From positions 22,446,075-22,510,074 of the forward strand of contig NC_069003.1 of assembly GCF_001194135.2 (NCBI RefSeq): a stretch of 64,000 nucleotides of DNA, written 5' to 3'. Source of the DNA: Octopus bimaculoides. Taxonomy: Eukaryota. Each line of letters begins with the position of its first letter. The first letter of the stretch is position 1. A model generated the notes under the pieces. The model saw nothing but the letters and a program-made list of their open reading frames with translations. It did no database searches and was not told the DNA's origin. Position numbers and translations under genes: made by a program. Positions 23,414 to 38,015 of the stretch are shown here, one piece after another.

Positions 23414-25401
23414 CACATATACACACACAAACATTAATACGAACATGCTGTCTTTAAGATAGCCTGTTTTATATTGATATGGTAACATTTCATCATATAT
23501 TCCAATAGTGAATATGCATATGGTGGCATACCCACACAAGTGTGTGTGTGTCCAACCTTGTTTCTCCATAGCTTCCAGAAAAATGCATACCTTTTTTTTA
23601 ATGAAATTTTTGTACAAATACACTTCAGTTGGTCTAGATTCTGATTTCATCAGAATTTGTTGTGAAAATATTTTTCCAGCGTTAGGGAGATGAGTTTCAG
23701 AAAATTTATACGTAAGATTTTTCTCCTCATAACTTTCAGCAAAATGGGTATTTTTTTAAATGAAATTTCCTACAAATGCATATCAGAGTATGTAGAATAC
23801 AATTATATAGGAATTTAATGTGAAAAAATTCTTGTTGGGTGTGTCCACATACATACTAATACACGTCACATATATCTGTAAAATGAAACTTGAAATTTCA
23901 GAAAATTGTAATGTGTGCCAGTAGGTATGTGTGCGTGTCCACCAATTTTTTTTTTTTTTCTTTTTTTTTTGCCTGATTAAATTCTGATATAATCTATATA
24001 TTCTGAAAGATATTTGTAGAAAATTTCATTAAAAAATACCTGCTTTTCTGAATGCTATATGAAAAGAAATTCATGTGAACTTTCCAAGATTCTGCTTCCC
24101 ATCCCCAGAAAAATTTTTCATATCAAATTCAGATATAATCAGAATCTACATCTGAAGCATATCTGTAGAAGATTTCATTAAAAGATACTCATTATTCTGG
24201 AAATTATGAGGAAACAGTCTGTGGGGCACATTTGTGTATGTATGCCCATTGCTTTAAAATAAGTAATACCAAGATTACATTGCTATTATATATATGTACA
24301 TACAGATTTGCTTTGCTTCACTTTCATTTTGTATGTAACAATATTTAATTATATGAGCAAACAATACACTTTCTTTTGGTTTGCATTAAAAGGGTGACAA
24401 TAATGTGAATAAGATGAGCTCAATTTTTCTCTTAAACCTTAACATAGATAGGATAATGGTATTTACAATCGTACTGTGTTTAGTAATGAATACTAACTGC
24501 ATTAGAAATACATCAAAGCGAGTGTGTGTGTGTGTATATATATATATATGTATATATATATAATTATGTGTATTTCTTCTATCTTAATGAATAAAAATTC
24601 TTCTGATAGAATAAATGGGTTAATAGAAACCAATGTAGCAAAGAACACAAAATAACTGTGGTTTAGTTCCTGTTTTTAAGGCAGGAACTCCTTGAAATTT
24701 TGGGTATTTGAGTATATTTAAGGAATGGAGAAAACGCATGTTATAATTGCATACAGGATTACAACCTGTGTGATATATATATATGGCAGTATTTAGGTAT
24801 TAATTTTTCATTGCCTTTTGAATGCACATCCTTTTAATATAATTGCATTTCACATTCTTTTATTCTTTTATTTGTTTCAGTCATTTGCCTGTGGCCATGC
24901 TGGAGCACCACCTTTAGAACAAATCGACCCTAAGATTTATTCTTTGTAAGCCTAGTGCTTATTCTATCGGTCTCTTTTGCCGAACCGCTAAGTTATGGGG
25001 GCATAAATACACTAACGTTGGTTGTCAAGTGATGTTGAGGGAGACAAACACAGACACACACACACACACATGCTGAGACCTCCTTCGGTCATGACTGACC
25101 CTGGGATTGCACCGAGAAAGTTACTCTCCCAGGCACAAGTCCGGGCAAGGTTGTTTATGGAAGACCAGCAGTCCCCTCTCCACGCCACCAGTGTTATTCA
25201 AGGGAAAGGCCAGGGTCGATACACCTGTGACGTCGCAACTCATTTCTACAGCTGAGCGAACAGGAGCAACTTCAAATAAAGTGTCTTGCTCAAGAACAAA
25301 ACATGCAACCCGGTCTGGGATTCGAACTCACAACCTTACGATCATAAGCTCGACGCTCTAACCACTAAGCCATGCGCCTTCACACAAACACACACACACA
25401 G

Positions 25402-25446
<45 letters not shown>

Positions 25447-26569
25447 ATGGGCTTCTTTCAGTTTCCGTCTACCAAATCCACTCACAAGGCTTTGCTCAGC
25501 TTGAGGCTATATAGTACAAGACACTTGCCCAAAGTGCCATGCAGTGGGACTGAACCCGAAACCATGTGGTTGGTAAGCAGGCTACTTACCACATAGCCAC
25601 TCCTGCACCTAGCTCAACTTTACGTTTTCCATTATTGATGCTTGAGCTTCCTTCATGTTGCATGTCTTGCCAACATTTTTTCCCACATGCATACCAAGCA
25701 ATGAAATGCTACTTCTTGCAGTCCAGTTCTGAACACTTTGCCCCAGCTGGTTACTGTATATCATTGCACATGTATTACTAGAAGTCCATTAGAAACCTGT
25801 AAGTTTTTAAATCATGTCATGGTTATATATGTATATATATCACCATCAGACTGGAGCCTGGTGTTGCCATCCGGTTTCACCAGTCCTCAGTCAAATCGTC
25901 CAACCCATGCTAGCATGGAAAGCGGACGTTAAACGATGATGATGATGATCATCATCATCATCAATTAATGTCCATTTTCTAGATTGGTATAATTTGACAG
26001 GAGCTGGTGAGCGAGGGTGCTGCACCAGGCTACATTCCTTTGGCATGGTTTCTATGGCTGGATGACCTTCCTAACACCAACAGCCACTTTACAGAGTGTG
26101 CTGACTTCTTTTTATGTGGCACCAGTGCTAATGCAGTCACCAAATAACTCGCAAGACACTGAGTGGGTGGTGGTTTTGTGCCAGTTGAGAGATTAAAGAG
26201 GGATAGAAATAGATGTCTTGTTATAGAGAGGAATTTTGGTTATCCAGTTTGGAAAAGAAAGGAGAAATAGTGGGGAAGATGTGTTGGGGAAACTACCACA
26301 AGGTACATTGGGGTTGAAGATTAGTAGTATATTGGATTGAACAGAGGGATGGGAGTGGGGATGCTCCATAAGAATATGATGGGAGATGGTTGGGGAAGAG
26401 GTAACTAGCAAATGATAGAAGTGGTTGAGACATGAAGGAATTGAGGGTGATTGTTTGCAGGCAGGCACATGGAGGGGAGTGTGCATCAGATAGTGATCAT
26501 GAGGAGGGATAGATTGTCTATGGTGGCAGGACATGGATGTAAAAGAACATGCCTGTATGGCCTGATTTT

Positions 26570-29090
26570 ACCTAGCTGGGTGAGTCTTTTCAAATACAGC
26601 AAATCACCAAATGTCTGTTCTATATAAACTCTTTAGTAAGGCTCGACATCGGAAGATCGTTCCTCAACACTTCATCCCATGTTTTCCTGGGTCTTCCTCT
26701 TCCACAGGTTCCCTCCACAGTTAGAGATCGGCACTTCTCTATGCAAATGTCTTCATCCAAACACATCACATGACCATACCAGTCAGTCTTCTCTCTTGCA
26801 CACTACATCTGATGCCTTTTATACCTAATTTTTCTCTCAAGATATTTACACATTATCATACATGCATACTGACATTGTACATCCAGTGGAGCCTACTGGC
26901 TTTATCTCTTTCAAGCCTTCACATTTCATCTGCAGTCATAGCCCATATTTCACTGCCATGTAGCATGGCTGTTTGCACACCAGCATCATACAGGCTGTCT
27001 TTCACTGACGGAGAGATCCTTTTATATGTCCATAGCTTGCACTGTGTGCACCTTATGGAATTTCTACCTACACCTTTTCTACATATTGCATTGGGCTATT
27101 TTCCTGATGGGGTTAATAATTTGTTTCCTTTCCTGCTTATTAGGACTTTGGCCTTTGCTAAATTAACTCTGAGGCCCTTTGATTCCAGTTCTTGCTTCCA
27201 CACCTGAAATTACTTCTAATTTCAGTAGAGATTTAGCTATCTGAATAAGGTCATTGGCATAAAGGAGCTCCCAAGAGTAACCAGTCTCAAATTCCTGTTG
27301 TGGCCCTGGAGGACTATGATAAATAAATGGAGGCTAAAAACCAATTCTTGGTGAACTACTTGCACACTAAATTCATTGCTGACTTTCACCTTACTGACAG
27401 CACCCTCCATGTACATGTCTTGAACAGTTCTCATCTACCCCTAGCTTCTGCATGAGCCACAAAATGGAAGGTTAGGGACAAGGACCCTATCAATGACTTT
27501 CTCTTTGTCGACAAAAGCCAAGTACAAAGGTTTATTTTTGCTAAATGCTTCTACAGTTGCCTTACAAGGTAAATAGCATCAGTAGTGCTGCTTCTCGGCA
27601 CAAAACCAAACTGCATCTCATCTAGTCTAACTCTCTTCCTAACGAGTTGAGCAATGACCCTTTCTGTAACTTGCAGCAATTTGATACCTCTTAATTACTT
27701 CTGTCTAAGGCATCACTTCTACCTTTGTAACAGGTAACTCTAATGCTATGTCAGTCATTGGGTATGACCCCTTGCTAGACAGCCTGATTAACTATATTGG
27801 TGACTAGGCCATATCCCACTCTGCCATATATTTTAACCCTTTAGTGTTTAAACCGGCCATATCTGGCCAAAATATTCTACATATTTTATACTCAAATGGG
27901 CGATATCTAGCCTCTCATACTTCACCTACATTGACATTTTAAAATTAAACTAACACATCATTGAAACCTCAAAGCTGTAAGATAATGTATGATTAATTAA
28001 AAACAATTTGAGTGAAAAATTATTACATTTAACAGAGTAATCTGAACATTAAAGGGTTAAACATTTTGGTGTTGGTACCTGATGGGCCAGGGGCTTTTGC
28101 TGTCTTCATATCCTTATTTGATCAATCATCCTACTGTCAACTTGGATAGCTGGTCTCTCTCCGTTGGGTTCGCATTTGGAACAGTCTCCTTCCATGAATT
28201 CTCCATATTTAGTAACCTTTCATAGTTGCACTTCTGTGCATCGTTCTTAGTAGAATCACTAAGTGCAAGTGTACCATCATCCATCTGAATACACTTCACT
28301 CTTACATCATAGTATTCTCTGACAGTGTCTTGCAATCTGGAATGCCTCATTCCTCTGGTTCTCACACCACAGAACATTGGTAAACTTCTCACTTTCTGCT
28401 ACTCCCGCAGCTAAATATACCTGTTGCTTAACTTCTCTTCTGGCTACCTGGTGTGGTTCTTTGCTACCACCACACTTCCAGACTTGTTTCTCCATTCTTA
28501 TGACCCTATCTCTTACATTGTTCCTCCACCATATCACCTTAGGCCTGGCTTGGGCCTTGCACCAGCCACAAATCTTGTAAGTTGCCTCACAGGAACTTCC
28601 AGTTGTCTTCTATGTTATATGGACATATAACATAGAAGACAACTGGAAGTTCCTGGTAGTCCTCCTCCTCATCAAATGCTTTAATTAGGATGTCTCTAAA
28701 TCTCTGACTAGGTTTGTTAAGCTTCCAGATCTTCCTTTTCTAGACTGGTTTGCTTCTTGGCATCCTTCTGTCTCAAAGTCTGAAGTCACTAATGACTAAC
28801 ATATGTTGTAAAGTACATTCTTCACTTGAGAAGGTCTTTGTATTGACGGAAAACCATTTATCTTGCTTTCTGGTAAGAATGTAGTCAATCTGGCTTGTGT
28901 GGCCACCAGGTTGATAGGTGAACAAGTGACTGGTTGGTTACCTGAAGTTAGTGTTGCAGATCATTAGGACATTTGCATCACAGGACACCAATAACCTTGT
29001 TCTGTCCCTCCACCCATTTTGGATTCCATAGCCTCCATGCACACAACATTGAAGTCACCAATATATACATATAGGTATGTTGGTGCAAAC
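26570..29090 (-). mobile_element. Decayed RTE-clade LINE (APE + RT remnants), interrupted by a MITE
   Basis: GDFN and RLL...ICNT (APE); WW.N.V..K..W..GG..A.RE.K; CNYERLLNMENSW; VQDMY..A.SKV.V...F.VQV.HQ..V.S..LFIIVL (RT). Related 3' fragments at ~6190-6370 and ~36240-36660. Confidence 0.8.
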
Positions 29091-29273
29091 AGGTAAAATA
29101 GAACTCAAAATATGCATATATATTTTTACTAATATTTAGCAGAAGTAACAGAGTGACTCAAGGTCCAAGAGTTTCATACATGGCACAGTGCCAATGCACG
29201 AAATTCTTGGACTTTGAATCACTCTATTACTTCTGCTAAATATTAATAAATATAATATATATATATATATATA

Positions 29274-29663
29274 TGATGATGATGATGATGATGATGGCCG
29301 TCCACTCGTGACCGAGGAAGACCATTGCCGACCTTCAGGAACATTGTGCGCTCTAGGACTAACTTATATTTTGCATTTGTGGCTCCTTTGGTGGCTAATG
29401 AGTCCTGCACTTGACAAGCATACATGACTGCAAACATTACAGACCAAGCTTTCCCCATTCACTATACGAGCCATGCGCTTTCGAGCAGCTCGCTTAAGTT
29501 CTTCATGCTGGATACGTGCTCTCTCAAAAGTGTCGATCCCCTCCTTAACCTGCTTCCTCCATCCGTGGCGATGACAGGCATTGTTCTCCCAGTCAGTGTC
29601 CTGCATATCACAGGCCTTTAATGAGGACTTGACACAGTCCTTAAATCGCAGCCTTGGTTTCAT
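29274..29663 (-). mobile_element. 3' end of an RTE-BovB-like LINE with C2H2 finger and (CAT)n tail
   Basis: KPRLRFKDCVK..LK.C.....WE..A..R..WRK.V..G...FE..R ... CNVCSHVCLSSAGLISHQRSH. Confidence 0.8.
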
Positions 29664-29959
29664 ACATACATACACACACATTTTAACTATAAGGATTCAT
29701 TAGAATCTAGGCACATAAAACGTGGGAAACTGGAAATGTCTAGGTACAATAACATAGAGCTCACAGTGATGTAAACAACATTGAAGACATCAAGTATTGG
29801 TAGATACTGTAGATATCCTAGTACCAAATCCAATTTGAATCATAGGTCCAACTCTGGAGTTGGTCCTTGGTGTGGCGCAGGTGTAAAAAGTAAACACAAA
29901 TGGCATTTAAAATTTAGCATAGCTGTTTTGGTAGAATCTTAATGCATTCATAGAAATTA

Positions 29960-30121
29960 CCTTATTTTAACACATATAAGGAACCCCTTTTTGTCAAAAA
30001 TTAGGTTAAAAAAATATGGGAGTTTCTTAAACATGGATAGTATTATAATCCCTTACAAAACTTTTTTGCCAAATTTTAAGCCCCCAAAATTAGGGGGTTC
30101 CTTATACACGTTAAAATACAG
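29960..30121. mobile_element. Tc1/mariner (pogo/Tc2-like) MITE
   Basis: TA flanks, TIR C(C)GTATTTTAACGTGTATAAGG; opposite-orientation copy at 39465-39643; sits inside an older inverted-repeat pair 29905-29954 / 30241-30292. Confidence 0.75.
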
Positions 30122-31191
30122 TACACCATAATATGCAATCCACCACCACCAGGTAAAATTTTGAACATCTGAGATTTTTTATGCCAACTTGTTACAAATT
30201 GAGAGTTAGTTCAGCCAGTAGATTACATGCTACGATATAATCTATGAATGCATTAATAAAATTCTACTGAAACAGCTGTTGTAAATTCTAAACACTTTTC
30301 ATATAAATTTATGTCTGCTCACATATATGGATATATGTGTGTATGCATATACATATGTATATATAATTAAATGAGGAAACAAGAAATACAAATTGATGTT
30401 ACAATATTTTCAGTAAACAAACATTCCTTATCATACACACGCACATGCACATATATATACATATATATATATACATACATACATAGGCAATAAAATAACA
30501 TTCTTGTTCATTCACTTTGTCAGACATCATTATTTGAAACGCATTTGGCTTAAAAGAACAAATATGCAATGCAATATAGATTTATAACATTTCATGGGTT
30601 GTGTTGACTCCATCCAAATATACAAGATGTATACAATCCTTCATGAGCAAACTTCTATGTGTTTGAAATGTCAAAAGGATATACATTAATTGACTAAGAG
30701 AAAATAGAAGACAATATTCAACTAGAGCCTGTCAGTAACCAGGTTTTTACATGACGTACTAATGAAGTGATAGCCTAGATTATAATTATCCTCTCAAATT
30801 TTACACACACACACACACACATATATTCTTTTATTTGTTTCAGTCATTAGACTGCAGCCATGCTGGGGCACTGCCTTCAATTTTTAGTTGAATGGACTGA
30901 TCCTAATTTTTATTCTATCAGACCTTTTTGCCAAACTGCTAAGTTATGAGGACATAAACACGCCAACACCAGTTGTCAAACTGTGGTAGCAGAACAAACA
31001 CAGACACAAAGGCACACACACACACACACACACACTGATATGTATATATTGGGCCAACAGGTTTTGGGATCTGACAATACACCATAAAGCTAAACCCTTT
31101 GTGGATGGAAACCTAAGGTAATCCCACAAACGGGCCTTCCCCATTTCAATATATATAGAAAACAAAGTTATTTTATTCCACATGGGTAGAA

Positions 31192-32196
31192 ATATAAGAG
31201 AAATAGAAGTTGAAAATGCACTGAGAATAGTTAAAATATTTTTTATTATTATATTTAAAGATTTAACCAGCTTCACAGTTTACACTGATTTTCAAAGATT
31301 TGAAATAGAAAGAGGTGGCTTATGTCGCACCTGTTTTGCTTGACTAGTGTTTAAAGCCTGCCCTATTTTTATAGGGAGTTCATGGCTCAAATTAGTATAT
31401 GTTTTGAATAGAGTCTGATTGGTAGAGGATAGTCACATGACTGGTTTTGGAAATTTTGTACGATCTCCACTACATTCATGTGTTAGTATCAAGTGACAAT
31501 GTTTAGTGTCTTAAGTTAAGGCTGTCACAGTTGATTGAACAAATCTAGTGGTAGTACTAAGTTAGTATCACATGGCAGTATATTTTGCACCTAAAATAAA
31601 GGCCAACACGGTTGAGTGAACATGTTTAATTACAAGCAAGGTACTCCAAATTTAATCTGTCTAGTAGGAGAGCAGACAAATTAAATTTGGAGTGCCTTGA
31701 TTATAACTAAGCATGTTCACTCAACCATGTCAGTCTTCATTTTAGGTGCAAAATATACTGTCACATGACACTAACATGAAAAACATACAGAAGGTTCTGA
31801 ACTTTCTCTACAAACACTTGACAAAACATTGATTGTTTAGTACTACCACTAAACTTGTTAAGTCAACCATGTCAGGTTTAACTTGCAACACTTAACATTG
31901 TCACTTGATGCAAACACACAGATATAGTGGGGAACCTACAAAAATTTCTAAGACCATTCTCTACTAATCAAATCCTATGCAAAACATATACTAATTTGAG
32001 CCATGAACTCCCTATAAAATTAGGGCAAGCTTCAAACACTAGTCAGAAGCAAAACAGGTGTGACATAAGCCATGTCTTTCTATTTCAAATTTTTGAAAAT
32101 CAATGTAAACTGTGAAACCGGTTACATCTTTAGATATAATAATAAAAAATATTTTAACTAGTTTCAGTGTATTTTCAACTTCTATTTTTCTTATAT
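31192..32196. repeat. ~1 kb imperfect fold-back (inverted) repeat
   Basis: Arms 31192-31662 and 31674-32196 align as reverse complements around an 11-nt spacer; the mirrored ORFs 30944-31276 (-) and 32112-32384 (+) confirm this. Confidence 0.9.
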
Positions 32197-33266
32197 ATAT
32201 ATATCTTATTCTCTCTCTGTTTATTTCTTCATATTCCTTTCTGTTGAAGAGCGTAGGCTCAAAACGTAAAAGACTGTCTTACTTTCCCGAGCGTCAAACT
32301 AATACACCTGCTTGTTGTTCATACACCTGTCTTTGTCTCTTGTTTCTCTGTAAATTTCAACTATACATATGTATGTATATATGATAGACTTCTTTCAGTT
32401 TCCGTCTACCAAGTTCACTTACAAGGCTTTGGTTGGCCCGAGGCTGTAGACACTTGCCCTAGGTGCCACGCAGTGGAACTGAACCTAGAACCATGAGGTT
32501 GGGAAGCAAGCTTCTTACAACACAGCCAAGTCTGCACATATATATATGCCCTTGGGATCTCTTCTATATTGATGGTATAATTCTAGTCTTTACTAGAATT
32601 AGAGAAGATATTTCAGGTCTAGATGCAAGGAATAGAATCAGGTCTTGCTCTTTATACCACTCACACATACGATCTGCCCTTCCCCATCAACCCCCACCCA
32701 ACCACACGCAACCCATCTTCCCAACACCTACTTCCTCTCATGATCACTACCTGATATAGGCCCTCTCCCCCTCCACAAGTAAAAATGAGAAGAAGGTTGA
32801 TATGAAAATTGGAAGGGTAAATACATTTATTCTATGACTAGTTTAATTATGACTTCTACAGTTAAAGGGGATGTAACTCTAATTTTGTTTTCCCATTGTT
32901 ATTCATCCGTCCGTCTTTTTGCATCACCCTTCTAATTTTTTCTTGTGGTTCCTCATGTGCCAGTGGCCTGATTTTCAAATAGAACAGACCATGTGCTCAG
33001 AAACCTTAAGATTGCTTGGAGACACTAGACACAATACAAAAACTTGCCTAGCCATGTGTCTTCATAACAAGAAACAATTAGTAACTCTTATCTTTACACA
33101 CATACACATAATACACGTGTAGTAAGGAGCTTGCTTCCCAACCATATAGTTCTTGGTTCAATCCCAGTCCATGGCACCTCGAGCAAGTGTCTTCTACTAT
33201 AGCCCCACACCAACCAAAGCCTTGTGATTGGATTTGGTAGATGGAAACAGAAGGAAGCTTGTCATA

Positions 33267-33349
<83 letters not shown>

Positions 33350-33961
33350 NNNNNNNNNNNNNNNNNNNNNNNNNNNNNNNNNNNNNNNNNNNNNNNNNNN
33401 NNNNNNNNNNNNNNNNNNNNNNNNNNNNNNNNNNNNNNNNNNNNNNNNNNNNNNNNNNNNNNNNNNNNNNNNNNNNNNNNNNNNNNNNNNNNNNNNNNNN
33501 NNNNNNNNNNNNNNNNNNNNNNNNNNNNNNNNNNNNNNNNNNNNNNNNNNNNNNNNNNNNNNNNNNNNNNNNNNNNNNNNNNNNNNNNNNNNNNNNNNNN
33601 NNNNNNNNNNNNNNNNNNNNNNNNNNNNNNNNNNNNNNNNNNNNNNNNNNNNNNNNNNNNNNNNNNNNNNNNNNNNNNNNNNNNNNNNNNNNNNNNNNNN
33701 NNNNNNNNNNNNNNNNNNNNNNNNNNNNNNNNNNNNNNNNNNNNNNNNNNNNNNNNNNNNNNNNNNNNNNNNNNNNNNNNNNNNNNNNNNNNNNNNNNNN
33801 NNNNNNNNNNNNNNNNNNNNNNNNNNNNNNNNNNNNNNNNNNNNNNNNNNNNNNNNNNNNNNNNNNNNNNNNNNNNNNNNNNNNNNNNNNNNNNNNNNNN
33901 NNNNNNNNNNNNNNNNNNNNNNNNNNNNNNNNNNNNNNNNNNNNNNNNNNNNNNNNNNNNN
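33350..33961. other. Assembly gap (further gaps at 5372-5388, 16062-16071, 39720-39750, 63280-63630)
   Basis: Runs of N flanked by microsatellites. Confidence 1.
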
Positions 33962-36854
33962 TGTGTGTGTGTGTGTGTGTGTGTAAGCATGTGTGAGAAT
34001 TTTTGGAGGTATGTTTAGAGAGAGAAAAGAAAAAAAAAAGACAGGAAGAAAGAAAGAAAGAATGACAGATAGAAAGAAAAAAAAGAAAAGTGTTTTTCTG
34101 GGATGGTTAAATTTCATGATAGGTCAAGAATGTCAAATTTTTTTATCAATTGCAATAAATTTCTTTTAAAACCTTTCACCTATCTCTCAAATTCAAAACA
34201 GAAACCAACAATAATGACTTACCCTTCTTAGACATTCCACAGTATTAACAGATATATATTACCAAAAAAAAAAAAACAGGTACACCAATGTTTGTATTTT
34301 TACTGTTGCTGTCCTTTACAGAGCAAACTGAACAAAGCATATTTGTGCAGTGGCCATTGACCCCAAAATATTTTCAATTTGGCGCAATGAACCTAAAGGC
34401 TTCTTAAAAATAAAAATTTAAAAAATCAGAATTACCCCTTAAAAATTAATAAATAATGGAATTATGAAAGCAATGGAACTGGATATCAAACAGTGGAGGA
34501 CACCTAGGAAAAAAATTGGAGAAAATACTATTCCATTTACCACCACCATTATCATCATCAACATTTAACAGCTGTTTTCCATGCTGGTATGGGTTGGACA
34601 GCTTGATAAGATCTTGCAAGGCCAGGGGTCACACTAGGTTCCATAGTCTGTTTTGGCTTGGTTTCTACAGCTGGATGCCCTTCCTAACACCAACCACTTT
34701 ATAGAGTGTACTAGGCGCATTTTATGTGCACATAATCCCAGAGTGAGCAACAGATTCCAAACTATAAAAACAAACATACCAATACTTATTACAAATCCCC
34801 AAAGTGAAAACTTTGGTTGATGAAAATCTCATAAGTAACAGTACATGTTAACCAAAAATTCTTTAAAAATCATCTCTCTCAAGGGCAAAATTCACATCAG
34901 AGGATAATTCAGAATTCTCCATGAAGGACTGTGGAGACAGTGGATGTGGATTATGTAATAACAACAACTTCAAATAAAATATCCGTCGAAGTACTGGAGT
35001 CAATGATCCTCCTCTTCCTTCCTTCAAATTATCATCCTGGTATCTATATAAAAAATATTAATACTGTAGCAGATGAATGTGGTGAGCTGGCAGAATTGTT
35101 AGCATTTCGAGCAAAATGTTTAGTGGCATTTTGTTTGTTTTTGTATTCTGAGTTCAAATTCTGCCAAGGTCTACTTTGCTTTTCATCCTTTCAGGGTCAA
35201 TAAAACAAGTACCAGTTGAACCCTGGGGTCAGTGTAATAGACGTACCCCTCCCCCAAAATTTGCTGGCCTTGTGCCAACCATTATTAAAGAGGGCAAGCT
35301 AGCAGAATCATTAGCTTGCTAGGTGAAATGCTTGGCGGCATTTCATTTGTCTCTATGTTCAGAGTTCAAATCTCACCAAAGTTGGCTTTGCTTTTCATCC
35401 TTTCGTGGTCAATAAAATAAGTACCAGTTGAACACTGGGGTCGATGTAATTGAGTTACCCCCTCCCCCAAATCTTCTATCCTTGTACCAAAAATTTTGAA
35501 ACCAGTATTGCAGTAGATGCCTATTGCTGGTTTGACCTCCATTTATAATCACCGTTTAAGAAATCCTGTTGTTATCTCCATCATGTAACCTTGCTAATGT
35601 GACTTATCTATTATTGTTTTAAGATATTTATTACTGCACATATTTGCCATAACTGACAAATACACCATCTTGGATGATGATGATAGTGGTGATGGTTTGT
35701 TTGTTGTTGTTGTTGCATAGCCCCAGATCAGTCCTGGTTGAGTAGTTCTCTGATAAAAGACATTCCACTTGTGACCATCCCATTTTTTAGATATCTAACA
35801 TTACATTATCCTATGAAGAGTGGCAGACAAACTGGTATTTAGTTTTCGCCATTTATATATTTAGCTTGTTCCCATACACACACACACCTTAAGTTGAAGA
35901 AATGCCAGTCAAGCACTGAAATCAATCATATTTATTACTACCACCTCCCTGCTCCAAATGTGTGGCTTTGTGTTTAGATTAACAATCTTATATTAAAAAT
36001 ATATTATCCAATGTAATGTTCTTATTTTAAAGACAGAATTGTTGAAAATCAGACTGCTATTTCTAGGAGATAGAAGGTCGTTCATTGTCCAAGGTGTTAT
36101 GCAGTGAGACTGAACCGGGAACCATATGGTTGGGGAGCAAGCTTCTTACCATACAGCCACACCTGTACTATGATGCAGAGAGCTTTTACCTCTGTTGACA
36201 ACCAAAGATCTCTCTCTCTCTCTGAGTGAAAGGAAGATTGTATGATGCATGTGTATGAACAGCAATGCTACATGGTAGTGAGATGTGGGCCTTGAATGCA
36301 GAGGCTAGAGAGAAATGAAGTTAGTATACTGGGCTGGATGAGCAATGCATGATAGAGTGCTAGTGTACTGAGAGAAAAGTTAGGCATAAGAGGAATTAGA
36401 TGCAGTGTGCAAGAGAGAAGACAGCAGTAGTTTGGTCATGTGATGTGTGTGGATGTGGACAATTGCATAAAGAAGTGACGATCACTTAAAGTGGAAGGAA
36501 CTTGTGAAAGTGGGAGACTCAGGAAGATATAGGATGAAATATTGAAGGCCAATCTCAGGACACTGAATCTTATGAAGGAAATAATAAAGCATTGAGGTAT
36601 CTGGTGCCTTGCTGTATTCAACAAGACCCATCCACTACAGCAGAATTGATATCCTAAAAATGTCTTGGTAATGCTTGTCTGTGAGGGGCTTCATCAGCTT
36701 CCTCTCTGCCCCATCAACCATTTTCGTACTTTGTTTTATCCTCTAACACCCATTGCTTTTCTTTCACCTGACAGCAGCATTGGCACATACAACATCCCCC
36801 ACCTTCAACTTTCTCACTGACCTTCCATATTAAATACACTGAAATACAAATTCC

Positions 36855-37180
36855 CATCCCACGATATTGACTTATACCAGGATGAATTGTTGGGAATATC
36901 TCATGGCTGTGATGGTCATACTTTTGATAAATTTAGGAAAAAAACTCATTGATACCTTTAGTCAATTAAGTCTCAGAATCAGTGTTTTCACTAATCTAAA
37001 GGATTTTTTAGATGTTTCTTTAGATCTGAGCTTCTGCTCTTATAAACCTTATCATAAACCAAAATCTCTTTTATACACAAACAGTCCTGTCACCCCACCC
37101 CCCATAGTGTTTAAAAACCTGATAGCTAACATCAGTAATAAGATATCTAATCTCTTCTTACAACAATATAAAGAGACAAT
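36855..37180 (+). pseudogene. Penelope-like reverse transcriptase remnant
   Basis: LYQDE (YRDD-like)...DKFRKKLIDTF..L.L.I...TNLK..FLDV.LDL...YKPY.KP...LY....PP.V.K.L...IS.KIS.L; frameshift in an A-run. Confidence 0.7.
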
Positions 37181-38015
37181 CACAGAAATATGTTGGAGCA
37201 ATGGATGGTCCCTTAAAGCTGGCACTAAATAACCACAGGTCCTCTTTTAGAATCCCTGAGAGGTGCAACTGTATATGTTAACTACATATGGTGCTTAAAA
37301 GAAGAGAGAACACCATACAGGATTAAATGATAGCTCCTAGAATATCCTGGACTATACTACAACAGGAGCAGATGGTGCAAACTTTGCTTGGCCAAGAAAG
37401 AAAGGATCCTAAAAAAATCGGGAGCCTTCTTAAATTCTGAAAGTGAGGTGTTTAGTCAGTGCATTCACGAGAGAAAATTTGTGGACTTCCTTGCTTACTG
37501 AGTAATAGTTCATAAACTGATTCATAAACTGACCATTTTTGGACACAACTAGAACTGTTCAAAGGAAGATAACTCCTTTTCACCCAGAAGGGGTTTTTGC
37601 TTTGAAAATTTTGTTTCAAGGGTTTTACCACAACCTTGCTGACCGAGAGTACCGCATAGTAATATATATACACACTTGCAAAAATATACAGTTTTAGATC
37701 GACCCAAGTATTGTGATGGAAATTAGCTGGAGTTTTACTGAGATAACCCGTCGAATGTACTGTTTCTTTAATTCAAAAAGGTACAGCTTTATGACACATT
37801 TTATCACGACGATTCTGCTCTAGAATAACGCTAAGAGTACTCGTATCTTTTGGAATACTGAGCTACTTACAATTCAAGGCACAGTAGTATATTTGATTGA
37901 ACAACTGGAATAGTCATCGTTGTAATTGGGGGAGAGCCATTCGTCTTTGCACACGTTTCCATTCAAGTGCTTTTTGTCATGAATATTCATATGTTGTTTG
38001 AATTATCTGCCCTTG

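Noticed and set aside
26160-26560. Purine-rich block with a 113-aa minus ORF (similar blocks at 32640-32780 and 49380-49740)
   Set aside because: Probably decayed retroelement sequence; no motif strong enough to name a family or gene.
33224-34117. ORFs over 220 aa (also 63232-63762)
   Set aside because: They run through N gaps and microsatellites.
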